A program made the translations under genes and the position numbers. The notes below the pieces were generated by a model. The model made no database searches. It worked only from the letters and a program-made list of their open reading frames with translations, and was not told the origin of the DNA. Below, piece by piece: positions 50,331 through 63,904 of a DNA stretch of 64,000 nt (position 1 is its first letter; each line of letters opens with the position of its first letter). Source of the stretch: Vicugna vicugna (taxonomy: Eukaryota); assembly GCA_013265495.1 (NCBI GenBank), contig MU057576.1, positions 282,982-346,981 on the forward strand, in the 5' to 3' direction.

Positions 50331-50870
50331 TAATATATTTGAATCGCCATGAGTAGGACAACTACAATTGCAGGTGAATATCAGCATATTCGATCACAAG
50401 TATGAATGTTGTCAGCGGCATGTCTCTAAAGGAACAACCTCTCATTAAGTTCTAAACAAGACAAAGCCTGGTCTCCCCTTAATTGACAAGATAGTTGCAT
50501 TATTAGAAACGCAAATCCATGCATAAAATGATTTGTATTTATATGTAAAGCAGAATTGATATACTGGGTCAAATAATTTAAAATGAGCTTTCACTTACAC
50601 AACTGTCCAAGAGGACGTTGAAAATGGAGTAGACCACAGATAAGGTTGCCAGATAAAAATGCAATATTTGAGATATATTGATACAAAAAACATATCTGTA
50701 TATCTGAAATTGGATTTTAAACTGAGTGTCCTATATTTTATGTGTCTAGGCAATGCTAGACACATGGCAGTCTTTGCTGTATGGGACTGCCCTACAAGTC
50801 AACCAGCATCTTTGCTCCCCACATGCTAAATCCTAGCAGGCCTTTTTATTCCTCTGCATTCACAACACTT

Positions 50871-51786
50871 TGTTACTAAATGTATGTGTTTTCCCCTACA
50901 CCAACCAATTCTCCCATTTCCTAGACACCAACTGAGTGTCCTACAATTCAATTTTGACATTAACTATTCAGAGTTAGTGCAGACCCCACAGGCTAACATC
51001 GAAGTCTTACTTGATTGCCTCCAACATTCAACACCAATCACAAGCCCCAGCTTGTCATCTGTGCTTCTAACCAAATCAGGTTTCCCACTACACCCTTCTG
51101 AGGTTTGATAATTTGGTATAATGGCTCACAAAACTCAGGAAGACATTAACTGACATTTAAAGATTTATTTTTATTTGACACAGCATTGTAAAATTACTAT
51201 AACTCAACAAAAAATGTTAAAAAAAAAGCAAGAGTGCAAAGAAAGAAAGAAAGAAACAAACAAACAAAGAATTTATTTTTAAAAATATGATAAAGGATAC
51301 AAACAAACAGCAAGATGAAGACACACAATAAGGTGGATTCTGGAAGGGTCTTAAGCACAGGAACTTCTGTCCCCATGGAATTTGGGATGTCACCCTCCCA
51401 ACACCTCAATGTGTTCATCAAACCAGAAACATTCTGAACACTGTAGTTTGGGAATTTTTTTGGCAGCTTCAACATGTAGGCATAATCGATTATAGCCTCA
51501 GTCTCTAGCTCCTCTCCCCTCCCCAGAGGATAGGAGGTGGGGCTGAAATTTCCAAGCTTCTAACCATGGTTTGGCCTTTCTGGTGACCAACCAGCATCCT
51601 GAAGCTATCCAAGATGCACCTCACTAGATTAAAAGATGCTCTTATCATCAAGTTATTCCAAGGGATTTAGGAACGCTGTGTGAGACACTCCTAGCATGCC
51701 TGTTACTCAGGAAATTGGAAGGGTTTTGGAGTTCTGTGTCAGCAACCAGGAGCAAAGACCAAATATGTATTTCCTATTATGTCACA
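50871..51786. mobile_element. MER21-like LTR containing a short L1 tail (~51175-51270)
   Basis: TG...CA bounded; 'gacaccaactgagtgtcctacaattcaattttgaca...gagttagtgcagacccacagg'-like sequence is typical of MER21 as recalled. Confidence 0.75.
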
Positions 51787-51949
51787 GTCCCCAGTAACTC
51801 TTGCAACTAAAAATCCTCACAACTTTCAAAATGCCCCTAGGAACTGTCCCTATTGAGAACCACCATCCTACAGTGAGATCACCAGAAGAAACTTACTTAC
51901 GCACACAGAGCCCTCATCAGCTTTTGGTGATTGAATCAAACACTATTGA

Positions 51950-53100
51950 ATGAACAGCTAAGGATTCACAGGCAGTTGAAAAAGCCTCCCAAGGTGAAAA
52001 AGAGAGAGAGAACACATAGAATTCTAGAAAAAGAAAACAGAAAATTGAGAAGGAAAGCAAATTCTCAAACAAATAATTCATGAAAAATTCTTAATACTAA
52101 AAGACTTGAATTTCTAGATTTAAAAGGCCCATTGAGTGCTAGCATGAAGAATACAGTCAATATCGTAACATTTTAGAACACCAGGGATAAAGAGAGGTTT
52201 CTTAAGTGAAAAAAAAAGTTATATCAAAATGGCTAAGAATAAGAATGGCCATTTCTCAGCTGTAATACAGGAAGCTAGAAAACCTGGAGCAATGCTTTCA
52301 AAATTCTAAGGGAAAAAAATAACTTTCAGTCTAAAATTCTATATGCAGCTGAATTATCAATCATGTATGAAGATAAAGAAAAATTCAGGCTTGAAAAGTC
52401 TCAAAATACTTTTCTCCCATGCAATTTTTTTTTCTCAGGAAGTGATTTAAGAATGTGATCCCTGAAAATGAGGGCAGAAATAAATCCCAAAAGAGAAAGA
52501 CATGAGATCTAGGAACTGGAATCAGACATGGTTGACAGTCAAGGGCAGTTTCCAGGATGATGAAGGGAATTTCCAGAGCCATAGCTGCATAACTGGGCCA
52601 GAGGATGACAAACCAGCTTGGAACAAACTAATGAAGGCAGGAAAGTTATCTGAAAGTTACCAGGTAAGTGATCTGATACATTTAACTATGTGAAAAATCA
52701 TGTTGAGAAGCCATCCATTGGAACCAAGACATTTAAGCAAAAGAAGGGAGAGGGGCAGTGGAGGAGCAATTATTAGCCCTAGTAATAGCAGAAAGTTTAT
52801 GGGAAAGGAAGCATAATTACAATATAGTCCTTGGCTTTGCAATGAACAGTATTTACATAGTCATAGTAATAGCAATACTGAAAATGAATTTAGCCAAGAT
52901 TTACAGTATTGGCATAAAGAAGGAGGAAAAAAGAAAAGAAGAAAGCAAGCGCTACATTTCACTTAACTTATGAGAAAACCCTAAAATAAGATGCCTAAAA
53001 TTTATGACTCAAACCAATGACATATGTATATCCACAGAAAAAATAGATAAATTGTAAAGAAAAAAGGAACTAAAAATAGTTTTCAAGGCAGCTGTTTTTC
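51950..53100 (+). mobile_element. Ancient HAL1/L1ME ORF1-region remnant
   Basis: 'gaagctagaaaacctggagcaatgctttcaaaattctaagggaaaa...ctaaaattctata' resembles the L1 ORF1 C-terminal region. Confidence 0.65.
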
Positions 53101-54088
53101 TTCATGAGGCTCCTACATGTTTTAACATTTAAAGCTGTGTGTGTTTCTTAGCTGAAAGTAGAAATTCATCCCAAGACATTAATATGGCTGTGGTGGAAGT
53201 AGTCTGGAAACAGGGTGGGAAGATCTGCTTCGTTCTGATGCTGAGGCAAAGAAGATCAGTCCCTTTGAAAAGGGACTCCCGGTTAGAAAAAGACCATGGA
53301 AGAGGAGGTTTCAGAAAGACCCTGCTGTGCACACCTGCTGTGGCCGTAATCTTCCTCTTACTCAGCAATTTGCCAAGTCAGCAGGAGCAAGACGCTGCCT
53401 TCTTTATTACACAGAGCAACAAAGGGGAAGTGAGTTGTTCCGTAAAGAGAACTGACAACTGCCTCACATGGAGAAAGCCTCAGCCTCCCAAAAGCTTTAT
53501 TTGTTTGTTTGTTTGTTTTTTTCCAAAAGCTTTAAATTACAACTTTGACGGCACTCATCAGGATTCCTGAAGTTGCAACTAGGACAGAGAGCAGTCGCAG
53601 AAGATTCAGGGCGTGTGTTTTTCTCAAACACAAAGAAAGGCTTGGAGTCAGAGTCAACAAATATTCCCAACTATTGAAGCAGATTTGTGGTGGAAAAAAT
53701 GACTAAGAGGCACGTCTATCACTTTAAATCTTGCTCTAAAATGTAGGTTGCCTTTTATGTAGAGTGGAGATGAAAAATTATTTAATTACCATTTCAGTTT
53801 TAATGGAGAATTTTATTTTGGTAGGAAAAAAACCCACAAGTGGACTGGGTGGGGTGCCATGGTACTCAGCCATACTTAGGAAAAAGCTGTCTGCTTAGAT
53901 CACAAGCCCACAGTTCAAACAGGTGGCAGCCTTACCTACACTACAGACCTGGGGCATAAGAAAGGACATCACCTTATGGCCTCACCATCCTACACCTGGG
54001 AGTTGATGAGAAACAGCACATCCCTTTGGGGCCTATATTCTCAACCTAGGCCATCTCAAGCCAGGTCTGATTATTTGTATATTATTAG

Positions 54089-54589
54089 TGTTAACTGAAC
54101 ACAAGTTCATGTGCCCAAGGGTTCAGTGAGACCAAACACACTGAAACATTGGAGTTTGGAGCAGAGAAAGGTTTATCACAGGGCTGAGCAAGAACAGTGG
54201 CTTGTGCCCCCCCAAACCCTGAGCTCCCCGAAGGGGTTTAGCAAAGAATTTTTAAAAACCAAGTGAGGGAGGTGGGGTCCCAGGGTATGTGGTCAGCTAC
54301 TGCACAATTCTCTGATTGGTTGATGTTGAGATAACAGGGTGGTTAACATGATCGATCCTCGATCCTCGGGCACCAGAAGATCTTGAGGGCTATGGACTGA
54401 TGATCATCAAGTAGTAGATTGCTTCCATTTAGTGGTAGTTTTTAGCATCTGAAAAACTCAACAAATATGCATGAGATACTATTATCAGAGAGGACCTACA
54501 GCGGGGAATTTGGGGGAGAAATCTGTTCCCCATCCCACCCATCCCCACCACCACCCCCAGAAGGCCCCAGGGGGTCCTGTTCAGTTACA
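54089..54589 (-). mobile_element. Solo ERV1-class LTR
   Basis: TG...CA termini with 4 bp TSD ttag (54085-54088 / 54590-54593). Confidence 0.88.
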
Positions 54590-54878
54590 TTAGTTCATCA
54601 CAAATTCTGGTTGAGACATTGACATTGACTCGGTTCGGCACACCAGAGTGTTCTGTGTCCTGATATGTTTTAATAACTATTTTATTAAGAACAGTTGAAA
54701 ATCTATGAACTAGAGATTAAGGTATTCATTTCTGAAGAGGTTCTTACCAGACTTTGGTTGGTTTTTCATTACATATTTTATTAAGTAGACCTTAAATACC
54801 CCTCTGCCCCAAATACATTTGATTTAACTAAAAAAGACAAGCAGGTGGACAAAGGACATAAACACAGTGTGAGTGTCC

Positions 54879-55421
54879 TGTTGGGGCCCAGGGCAGGCCA
54901 CTCCAAAATATGCCTCAATGGCATATTGATTATTTTGAATTAAAATTACTTAAGAAATGGCCAGTGCAAGAAGGACACTTTGACACTCCTTTCTCTCTCC
55001 CTGAAAGCAGGAAATAAATCTCCCATGTGATAGGCACCCTCCGGGTACTGAGAAGTAGAAAGACATTCTTACGACCAGAGAGACAGGGAATCCAAGACCG
55101 AGAAGACCGTATAAAGAAACTTTGTTACTTCTTTACTAATTTACTGCCCAAGCCCAAACTTTGCTTAAATTTCTTACTAATTAAGCACCCAAAGCCAAGT
55201 TCCTTTGTCCTGTCAATTCCTCTCAAATTAATTGTTCCTTTGTCTAAAAAGTATAAAATCTCCCTGCTTTGGCCACTCCTTAGGTCCCATTTCTATGAGA
55301 CCTCCATGCACATGAACGAAACTTGTCGCTTTTCCTCCTGTTAATCTCTCAGGTGTCCATTTCATTACTAGTACAGCCACAAGAACTCAAGAGTGGTAGA
55401 GGGGACAATGTCTTCCTCCCT
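54879..55421 (+). mobile_element. MER34/MER39-like LTR
   Basis: 'ccaaaatatgcctcaatggcatattgattattttgaattaaa' start; TATAAAA at ~55252. Confidence 0.7.
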
Positions 55422-56002
55422 TGGTAGAATGAGCAGCCCTAAACTCTCAGAGATGTCTTAAATGATTCTCTGTCCCAGCAGGCTTGAAACCACCATCTCA
55501 AACTGCAGAGTTCTCTGTGTCCCAGCTGATCTTCAGCAAAATCTCCTTTCATGATGGATGAAACTTGGAGTTCTCCTGGACTCTGGTTACAGGGACCTGC
55601 CTGTGAATCAGGAAGTAGTCACTCAGGGCACTGTGGGTAAATAAGATGTGAGCATCACGACTGTCCACATCAGTAATCCTTGCAGAGGTCATGGTGGGCT
55701 TTAAGAAGTTACGTGCATGTGAGAAGGAAAGCTCCTGCCTCATTCCCCTTTGTTCATTACCTTCCAGCTTCCTCTAGTAATAACATGCTAGCAACACAAC
55801 TTTCCCCATTCCTCAGGAAACCAGTTTCTTTTCAGTTACCACTGACACTAGCTACCATTCATGGAGGGGTTACTGTGTGCCAGGCACATGCCTTGTTTCA
55901 CTCAATTCCTGTAACAACCTCGCAAGAAGAGGGGTAACATTTTCCAGATAAGGAAGCAGAAGCTTTAAGAGGTAGTAACATGCTAGAGACCTGGTAGATG
56001 GC

Positions 56003-56555
56003 AGCACTATTTACAATAGCCAAGACATGGAAACAACCTAAATGTCCATCGACAGGTGACTGGATAAAGAAGTTGTGGCATGTTTATACAAAGGAATACT
56101 ACTCAGCCATAAAATGACAACATAATGCCATTTGAGGCAATATAGATGTTCCTGGAGAATGTCATTCTAAGCCAGAAAGAGAAAGAGAAATACCCTATGA
56201 TATCACTCATATGTGGAATCTGAAAAAAAGACGAACTTATTTATAAAACAGAAACAGGCATATGACATAGAAAACAAACTTATGGTTACCAGAGAGGAAG
56301 AGGGTGGGAAGGGATAAACCGGGAGTTCTAGATTTGCAGATACTAACTACTATATATAAAAGAGATAAACCACAAGTTTATACTGAATAGCACAGGGAAC
56401 TATACTCAATATCTTGGCATAACCTATAATGAAAAAGAATATGAAAACAAACAATATATGTATATGTGTGACTGAACTATTATGCTGTTCACCAGAAATT
56501 GATACAACATTGTAAACTGACTATACTTCAATGAAAAACAAATAAAATAAAATAA
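56003..56555 (+). mobile_element. 5'-truncated L1
   Basis: 'gcagcactatttacaatagccaagacatggaaacaacc' through the 3' UTR and A-rich tail. Confidence 0.92.
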
Positions 56556-57845
56556 AAGTAGGCTACACAACACTAAATGAATAAATAACAAAGACCATGT
56601 AGAGCTGGTGTTCAAACTTACCCAATCTGAGCGGACATCCTGTTTCTGTTTATTTTTTTCTAAATAAACCTGAGTTGGGTCTCTGTCACTTACAACCAAA
56701 AGGATGCTATCTGATAAAGATTAGTGCGGCAGTGTCCATCAACCACGGGCAAACCATGGAAACACTAAGCAGCAAGGTGGGCAGGAACTGGGTCTCAGAA
56801 GTTTCTGGAGCTGGTGGTTCACAGGCTTCAGGGCTTCACCCCTCATTTCTGGTTTTGGTTTCTTGCACTGAGTGGTTAATGGTATGCTGGACTAAGGTGA
56901 CTATTTCTGAGATTACAAGTAATTTTTAATTAGTGTTTTGTCTAGTTTTTTTGTGGGGGGGGTCTGCAATGAATTCACATTTCTTAAATAATTTTTTAAA
57001 GTATGAAAAAAAAGAACATCTAAATGCTAACTGTGCATCACCACTTAACGACTTGTGATCCCAGAAAATATACATGCAGACTCCTGCATGCCAGAGAGTG
57101 GACTAAATGTGGATGGAAAATATGTTGAAATGCCCCTTATTTTTCTCTGTCTCATTTCCTCTTTCCCTTTTTCCTTCACCCCAACTTAAGGGGTAGCCTT
57201 TTTTACCTCAGGGGAGGTATGAAGTAAGACAGAAAACCAAAATAGCATACCAAGTACCTTCCTGCCTAGCTTTTATTTCCGAAAGCGTAAGCACCAGAAA
57301 GAGAAGAGGAATTTTAGATGGGGAAGAGGCATGAACAGAAAAGAATTTCCTCCATACTAGGAAAATCTCACCAGGAAGAAGAGTTGGAGGCTGATAGTCT
57401 CAGAGTATTGACACCAAAGATAAAGCTTTATATATATTTTTTGCTAACATTAAATAATTATCAAAAAAATTGAAGCAACTTTCTGGTGATTCATGCACCA
57501 AAGAACATATAAATTTATGTGGAAAGCATTGGCGTAAGGCAATATTTCAGCATTACCAACAGAACCACCTAAAAAGTTTTGGAAAGCTTCAAAATGAGGA
57601 AAAAGCCATTGAACCAAGGGTCTGGAGTTATTTCTATTTTGAAGCCATTCCTTTAACTTTACAGCTCACTAGAGATAGAGAGATTAAGCAAGGAGTGAAG
57701 TCCCCCCTTGAAGATGTTTTTGGGACTCTGCTTTCTTAAAAAGCTTAAGGGAGTTGAACATGTGCATGATAACATTTCCTTTCCCATACAGTTTTCTCTT
57801 TTTCCTAGACTTAATAATTGCCTTATCTTTCTATGTCTCAATTTT

Positions 57846-58018
57846 TTTCTTATTGACGTATAGTCAGTTTACAACGTGTCAGTTTCTGGCATACAGCACA
57901 ATGCTTCAGTCATACATGAACATACATATATTCATTGTCATATACTTCTTCACCGTGAGCTACTACAAGATATTGAATATATCTCCCTCTGCTAGACGGT
58001 ATAAACTTGTTTATCCAC
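57846..58018 (-). mobile_element. Short L1 3' end with perfect TSD
   Basis: 15 bp TSD ctatgtctcaatttt (57831-57845 / 58019-58033). Confidence 0.9.
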
Positions 58019-59347
58019 CTATGTCTCAATTTTATCCCCCAAACTCACATAGAACTGTGTAAAACTCCGCTCAACACCAACAAGAGTCTATCAGCTCTTG
58101 GCTACATCCTTCCTTGCAGTCTCCTCTCCTCCTGCCTTGTGTTCTCACAGTTTGGTGTGTGTGTGTGGGCCCTTATTGAAAACTAGCCCTTTTTTTTGGA
58201 TAAACCCTTTCTGTCAGTACCTCTTCTTAGACTGGTCAATTTCTCCCAATAGAAATGATTCCATTTTTTGTTTGTTTGTTTGTTTTAGGCATTTCTGATG
58301 ATACTGGTCCGGGGTAAACTGCTAAGTCTGTGGACTCTCACCTAGCGCCACTCTTCTCAGTATAGCAATCTGCTCTGCCCTCTGCTGTACCTTGAGTTCC
58401 CAACTCCAGACCTTCTTCAGCTCAGTCTCTGCAGAGAACACATTTGCTCTAGCCCCTACCAGAGTCAATAATCCCCTGGCTGTGTGGAGTAGGGAAAAGG
58501 ATACGAGGTCTAAGGGTTTTATTCAGTCCTCCTGTTTGGAGTCACACCCGGAACCATTTCCTGTGTCTACCTCTGTGTGTCCCTGAACATAGCATGTAGG
58601 GGCCTCTGTTTCTTCTTCTGAACAATGAGGACCTTTGATACACGTGTGGCTGAGGGCCCTCTCAGCCTTGGCCTTCTGTGATCTATGAACCTTCACACAG
58701 TAGAGCTCTCTGCCTAGTGAGTGACATGGACAAGGAGATACAGGAGGTCAGGAAAGGGGAGAGGACAGCAGCACAGAGGGGTAGGGAGATGTCAAAGGAA
58801 AGGTAGGACTTGAGAAGAACTAGAGCAGGTTGGAGACGTGGTGAGGAGGGATAACCCCCTTAGGTGGTCCAACTTGAAGCTACATTGGGGCAGGATTGTC
58901 ACAGCACTTTTGGAGCCCAGGAAATAGACAGAGGGTTCTAGAGGATGGTGAAGCTGGAGAGGAAACTTGGGTCAGATTGTGAGGAATTTGAATCTCTTCT
59001 CTAAATCTTTTTAAAAATACCAGACCTTATAAACCAGAATGTCAGAGAGTAAAACCCAAAAATCTGCATTTCTTTCAACTTGCCACATGACTCTGCCCAG
59101 CTGGAAGGTCTGGGAACCACTTCCTTAGGCAGTGGATCATGAACGGTTTCTATTCAGGAATCATGATAAAACTGGGAATTTTAGAAAGATGAGTCTGACA
59201 ACCATGTGCAAGGTGGACTGGAGGTTGAGGGACAGGAGACAAGGACCCATGGGAAACAATTCCACTACCCCAGGCAGAGGGTCATAAGGGTCTACAGGAG
59301 GGAAGCTGCTAAGGAGAGACAAAGAAATGGAGTGTACCAACCCCATC

Positions 59348-59779
59348 TGTTATGGTTGGAGCTGTGCTACCCCCAAATCCATACGTCAATGTCCTAACCC
59401 CTGGTGCCTCAGAACGTGACCTGGTTTGGAAATAGGGTCATCGCTAATGTAATTAGTCAATTCAGGATGAGGTTATTAGGGTGGGTCCTAATCTAATAGG
59501 ATTAGTGCCCTTGTAAAGTGGAAGATTTGGTCACTGGCACAGACACACACAGAGGGAAGACAGTGAAGAAAAGAAAGAGAAAGAGGGAGAAGATGGCCAT
59601 CTACAGACCAAGGAGAGAGACCTAGAAGAGATTTTCCCCTCACAGCCCTCAGGAGGAACCACCCCTGCCAACACCTTGATCTTGGTCTTCCAGCTTCCAG
59701 AGCTGTGAGGTAATACATTTCTGTCTAAGCTGCTGGACCTGTTGCGCCCAGTTATGGCAGCCCTAGCAGAGTAAAATAC
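59348..59779 (+). mobile_element. MaLR MLT1A/B-like LTR
   Basis: 'tgttatggttgg...cctaacccctggtgcctcagaacgtgacc...ttggaaatagggtc...ttatggcagccctagca'. Confidence 0.88.
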
Positions 59780-61139
59780 CCTGTCTTTTTGGAAACACAT
59801 TCCTGAATTCAAGTTTCCTCTTCTTTGCTTTCTCATGAGGAATGATTCCCCAAAGCCATCTCCTGAAAGGACTAGAAACTGGTAGGATTCTCTTCTACCT
59901 GAGCAGTGAGTGGAGGTGGCTTTTCTGGGTCATTGGACACTTGTTCCAAGAACCTACCTGAAAAGTCAAAGAACCAGCTCTAGTGATTGGAGATTCCCAT
60001 CCTCCCCACCTGAGGAAGTCATCGGTGCCAAGAATCTCAGACAGTCAGTAAAGAGGAGAAGGGAGTCTCATCTCTGTGGAGCCACTAACGTCCCACTGGT
60101 AACTCATCCAGAAAGAAAAAGGCCGTGAAGGTGAACAATCCACAAAAAAGGTAAACCCTGGCTCTGTCATTTTATGACTTGGACTTTGCTGAAGTAAACA
60201 TCCACCTTGGCCAGATGAAGAATTTCCAGGAACTCCATATATCAAGGTCAATGGCATATGACTGTGAGACCAGGGACAGGCATGTCCACCACAGAGCCCT
60301 TGGCCTCCAGCCATTCACTGCCGCCCTTGCTAACATCCTTGGCCCCCTTGGCCCTTTTACCTGCCAATGCTCCCAACCCAACCCCCCCTCTAGGTCACCG
60401 GCCACCTGCTCGCTCCAGAGCTGCCAAGTTGGGCTGCAGAGAGCACCGCAGCTGCACCATGGGGCCTGCTAAGTACTCCCCCTCCCCAAGCACGTCGGGG
60501 CCGTCCCTGCTTTCGCAGTTCTCCATCTGAAATTGGCTTCCTGCTTCTTCCCTCCCAAGTCCCAGCACAGAATTTTCTAGGCTCCACAAATCTCTAGTTT
60601 ATCCCTGTGTTTCTCGCTTTCATCTGAGAATTTCATTTTCCTGTGAAGTAAGAAGTCTCCACACATGTATCACCTCAACTCTGTTTCTCTCCTAGAATTT
60701 CTCTCTGTCCACGTCCATCTTTTCCTGGGTTCCTCTTATTTTAGAGAAAGACGTGGTGTTTTTATTCCCTTGCCCAGGCAAACCCTTCTCTACTCTATAT
60801 TCTATCCTTCATTATAACATCAATTATTTTATTTATTCTTTTTTAAAAACAAACTTTTATTACAGAAAATTTAAACACATACACATGATCTTATTTACCT
60901 TTTGTGTCTTCAAATTCTTCTGCCGTTCTTGTATGCAAGCTCAGGTCTCCTCTAGCCTTTAAAACAAAAAATTTTTAAACTGTCATCATCTTGCTATTCC
61001 CTTCAGCTACTTCTTAATTTCTTTACATTTTCTTAAATGACCAGATGTGACCAATGAGCTCTTTCCTTTCTCCCCCTTATTTCTAGACTCCCTACAATCT
61101 CGCTTCAACCTCTATCATTCTACTGAAATGCCTCTTTTG

Positions 61140-61940
61140 ATTTTTCACCTTTGTTATTTCAAAATAAATTCAGCCTTATGAAAAAGTTGCAAAAATTGTG
61201 AAAAGCATTTCCATATACCCTTCACCCATCTTCCCCAAATGTTAACATTTTATGTAAACACAGGACACTTATCAAAACCAAGAAATCAATGTTAGTATGA
61301 TTAACAAACAACAGACTTTATTCACATTTCACCACTGTTTCACCCATGTCTAATTCCATCCTTTTGAGACAGTTCTTTGCTAAAGCCACCTTGAAGAACA
61401 TTTTTATAAAATTACTAATTTACAGAAATACAAGGAACAGAAGGACAGTAAATGACACCACCATGGGAATACAATCAGCGAAATTCCCTACTGTGGATTT
61501 CTTCAGGAAAAAAAAAACTCAAGGAACAATAGAAGAGATGAAGGGGGAAACTTGTAGTTTAAAAAAGACTTATGAGCAAGAGTAATTAGTTGCGATGTGT
61601 GGACTATGGATTCCAATTTAAACTAAAAAAAATAATTATAAGACAACTGAGAAACTGTGAACTCTGGATATTTGGTAATCTAAGGAATTATTGGTGGTTT
61701 CTAAGTGTGATCATGTTTATGTTTAAAGAACATTTATTTTAGAGATACCTATTTATATTTATAGATGATAGGACTGCTCCAAAGTAATGGAGTGGGAAGA
61801 GTGTGGGGGGTGTAGGTGAAACAGATTGGCCGTGCACTAAAAATTGTTGAAGCTGAGTGATGGATGAATCAGGTTCATTAAAGTGTTTTCTCTACTTTTG
61901 GGAATGTTTGGAAATTTTTCATCATTAAATGCTTTTTAAA
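61140..61940. mobile_element. Old L1MC/L1ME 3' fragments (both orientations)
   Basis: 'atacccttcacccatcttcccc' antisense piece followed by a sense 3' UTR ('aattgttgaagctgagtgatgg...tctctacttttg'). Confidence 0.65.
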
Positions 61941-62619
61941 AAGAGGATTCATCTATACAACATCCCGAAAGTCATTAAAAATACATGTCAATTTTTGCTT
62001 CCTTTTTTCAAATAAACTGAATCACATTGTTTGAGACATGGCAAACGTAAGCGAATCTGAAGATCTCTGTCTCCTCTGAGTCTCGTTGACTCAGGCCACG
62101 TCTCTCTGCTCTGACTCACTCTCAAGTGCTCTGCCCTGCCTGGGCTCTTCTGCCTGAAATTTACCACCTGTTCTTTCTTGCCTCCTCCTGCCCTCTTCCT
62201 GATCTCCCCTGATCCTTCATGCAAGTAGCTCCAAGTTCTTTCCAATATCAAGCAATCCTGCCTTTTGAACTCCTTCCAATTCTCAGCTCTGCCTATCACC
62301 CTGCTTAACTCAACAAGAGCAGAAGAGCCTGGCAGATAACATAGGGGAACACCCCAGTGTCTGTTAATACTCTGTTCATGTTAAAAATGTAGACAGACTA
62401 AATAAATCTGGGATCACGTTATAGAAATACAATCTGCATCCTCTCTCTCGATCTTATTTGATTGATTGATTGATTGATTGCTTAACGTTATATAATTGGC
62501 ACTTTGCCAAATCCTTAAATATTGTTAGAATTTTTTTCAGTTGTCTGAGTTTTTTCAAGTATGCAGAATACTCCACTATACACATGTGCCATAAGGTATT
62601 GACCTCATTCTCTAGGGTT

Positions 62620-63710
62620 AGATCCAGTGACCCCTTAGTTGGCAAAGCAGTTTAGTCCTCCTCCTTTTCAACTTTCTGAAGTTCATGATACTAGTGACCA
62701 TCCTTCTGCCTTGAAAATTTCCTCCATTGGCTTCTGTAATGTCTCCTCGATCTCCCTTCGTGTTGACCAGCCCTACTTCTGTGACTTGTCTTCCTCCAGC
62801 TCCTCCCCAAGGTTCTATCTAGGTACCCTCTTGGCCCCCTCTTTTCCTCTCTTTCCTCTCTGTCCATGAGTGGGCTCTTTCTCGGCTTCACTGGGACTTA
62901 TTCCCAAATCTGTACCCTCAGCCCTTTCCAGTGTTCCAGACGAGCATCTCCCCTGTCAGCTGTATGTGACCGCCAAAATATAGTCCAGTGTATTTCCACC
63001 AACTCTGCTGACCAACCAAAGGGAGCCTCCTTTAACCAGGCCTGCTTGCCTCCTCTTTCTGCCCGCCCATGTTGTGGCTGTCTCCTTGGGGTTCAGCTTG
63101 ATGCCTTGGAGTCACTGTCCACTCCTTCCTTCACCCTTCTCTACACCAAGTGACCAAGCCCCACAGAAATCTTCTGAAATGTCTCCCACAGCAATTTCTT
63201 ACGTTCCATTCTCACTGCTCCGCTCAGACGTTGAATTTTCACCCCTCCCCCAACTTGCGTTCACCTCCTACTTGGTCTTTCTTCCTCTGTGTTTGTTCTC
63301 GCCAATCCGTCTTACCTCCAACCACCATATTAATCTTCCTAAAGGAGGGTGGCTTTAATTGAGTGTCCTACCTGTTCAATCATCTTCATCAAGCTCCGCA
63401 TGACTTACCAAATTGAGTTTTGACATTTAAGGTCCAGTTTAATATGACCTGTCTAACAACCTCCTCAGTCTTATTTCTCATTTCCTGCCACACACGTCCT
63501 GGAGGTGGAATAGTTTGGCTCCAGAGTCAGGTCCCAGCCTAGCAGTGCTTTGGCCTTGGATAAACCATCTGAACCTCTGCTTCCCCATCCACATAATGGG
63601 AGTATTAGCAACACCTCCCTCATGAGTTGTTGGGAGGATAGAATGAGATAAAGCACATAAAGAGTAATACCAGGCATACAGTAGGTTCTTAATAAATGTC
63701 AGCTGCTGTT
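62620..63710 (+). mobile_element. L2 relic followed by MIR
   Basis: Pyrimidine-rich L2-like sequence, then MIR core 'aaaccatctgaacctctgcttccccatc...gagttgttgggaggat'. Confidence 0.65.
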
Positions 63711-63767
63711 ACTGTCACAACATCAGTGCCATCTAAGTAAATCTCTTGGTTTCCCCATGCAAGTTTT

Positions 63768-63904
63768 TTTTTTAATTGTTTTCTTTATTTTGGGGAGAGG
63801 TAATTAAGTTTGCATATTTAGTTTTGGAGAGGGTACTGGGAATTGAGCCCAGGACCTTGTGTATGCTAAGCATGCGCTCTGCCACTTGACCTACACCCTC
63901 CCCC
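63768..63904 (-). mobile_element. Camelid vic-1-type SINE
   Basis: SINE consensus; perfect 16 bp TSD tccccatgcaagtttt (63752-63767 / 63905-63920). Confidence 0.93.
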
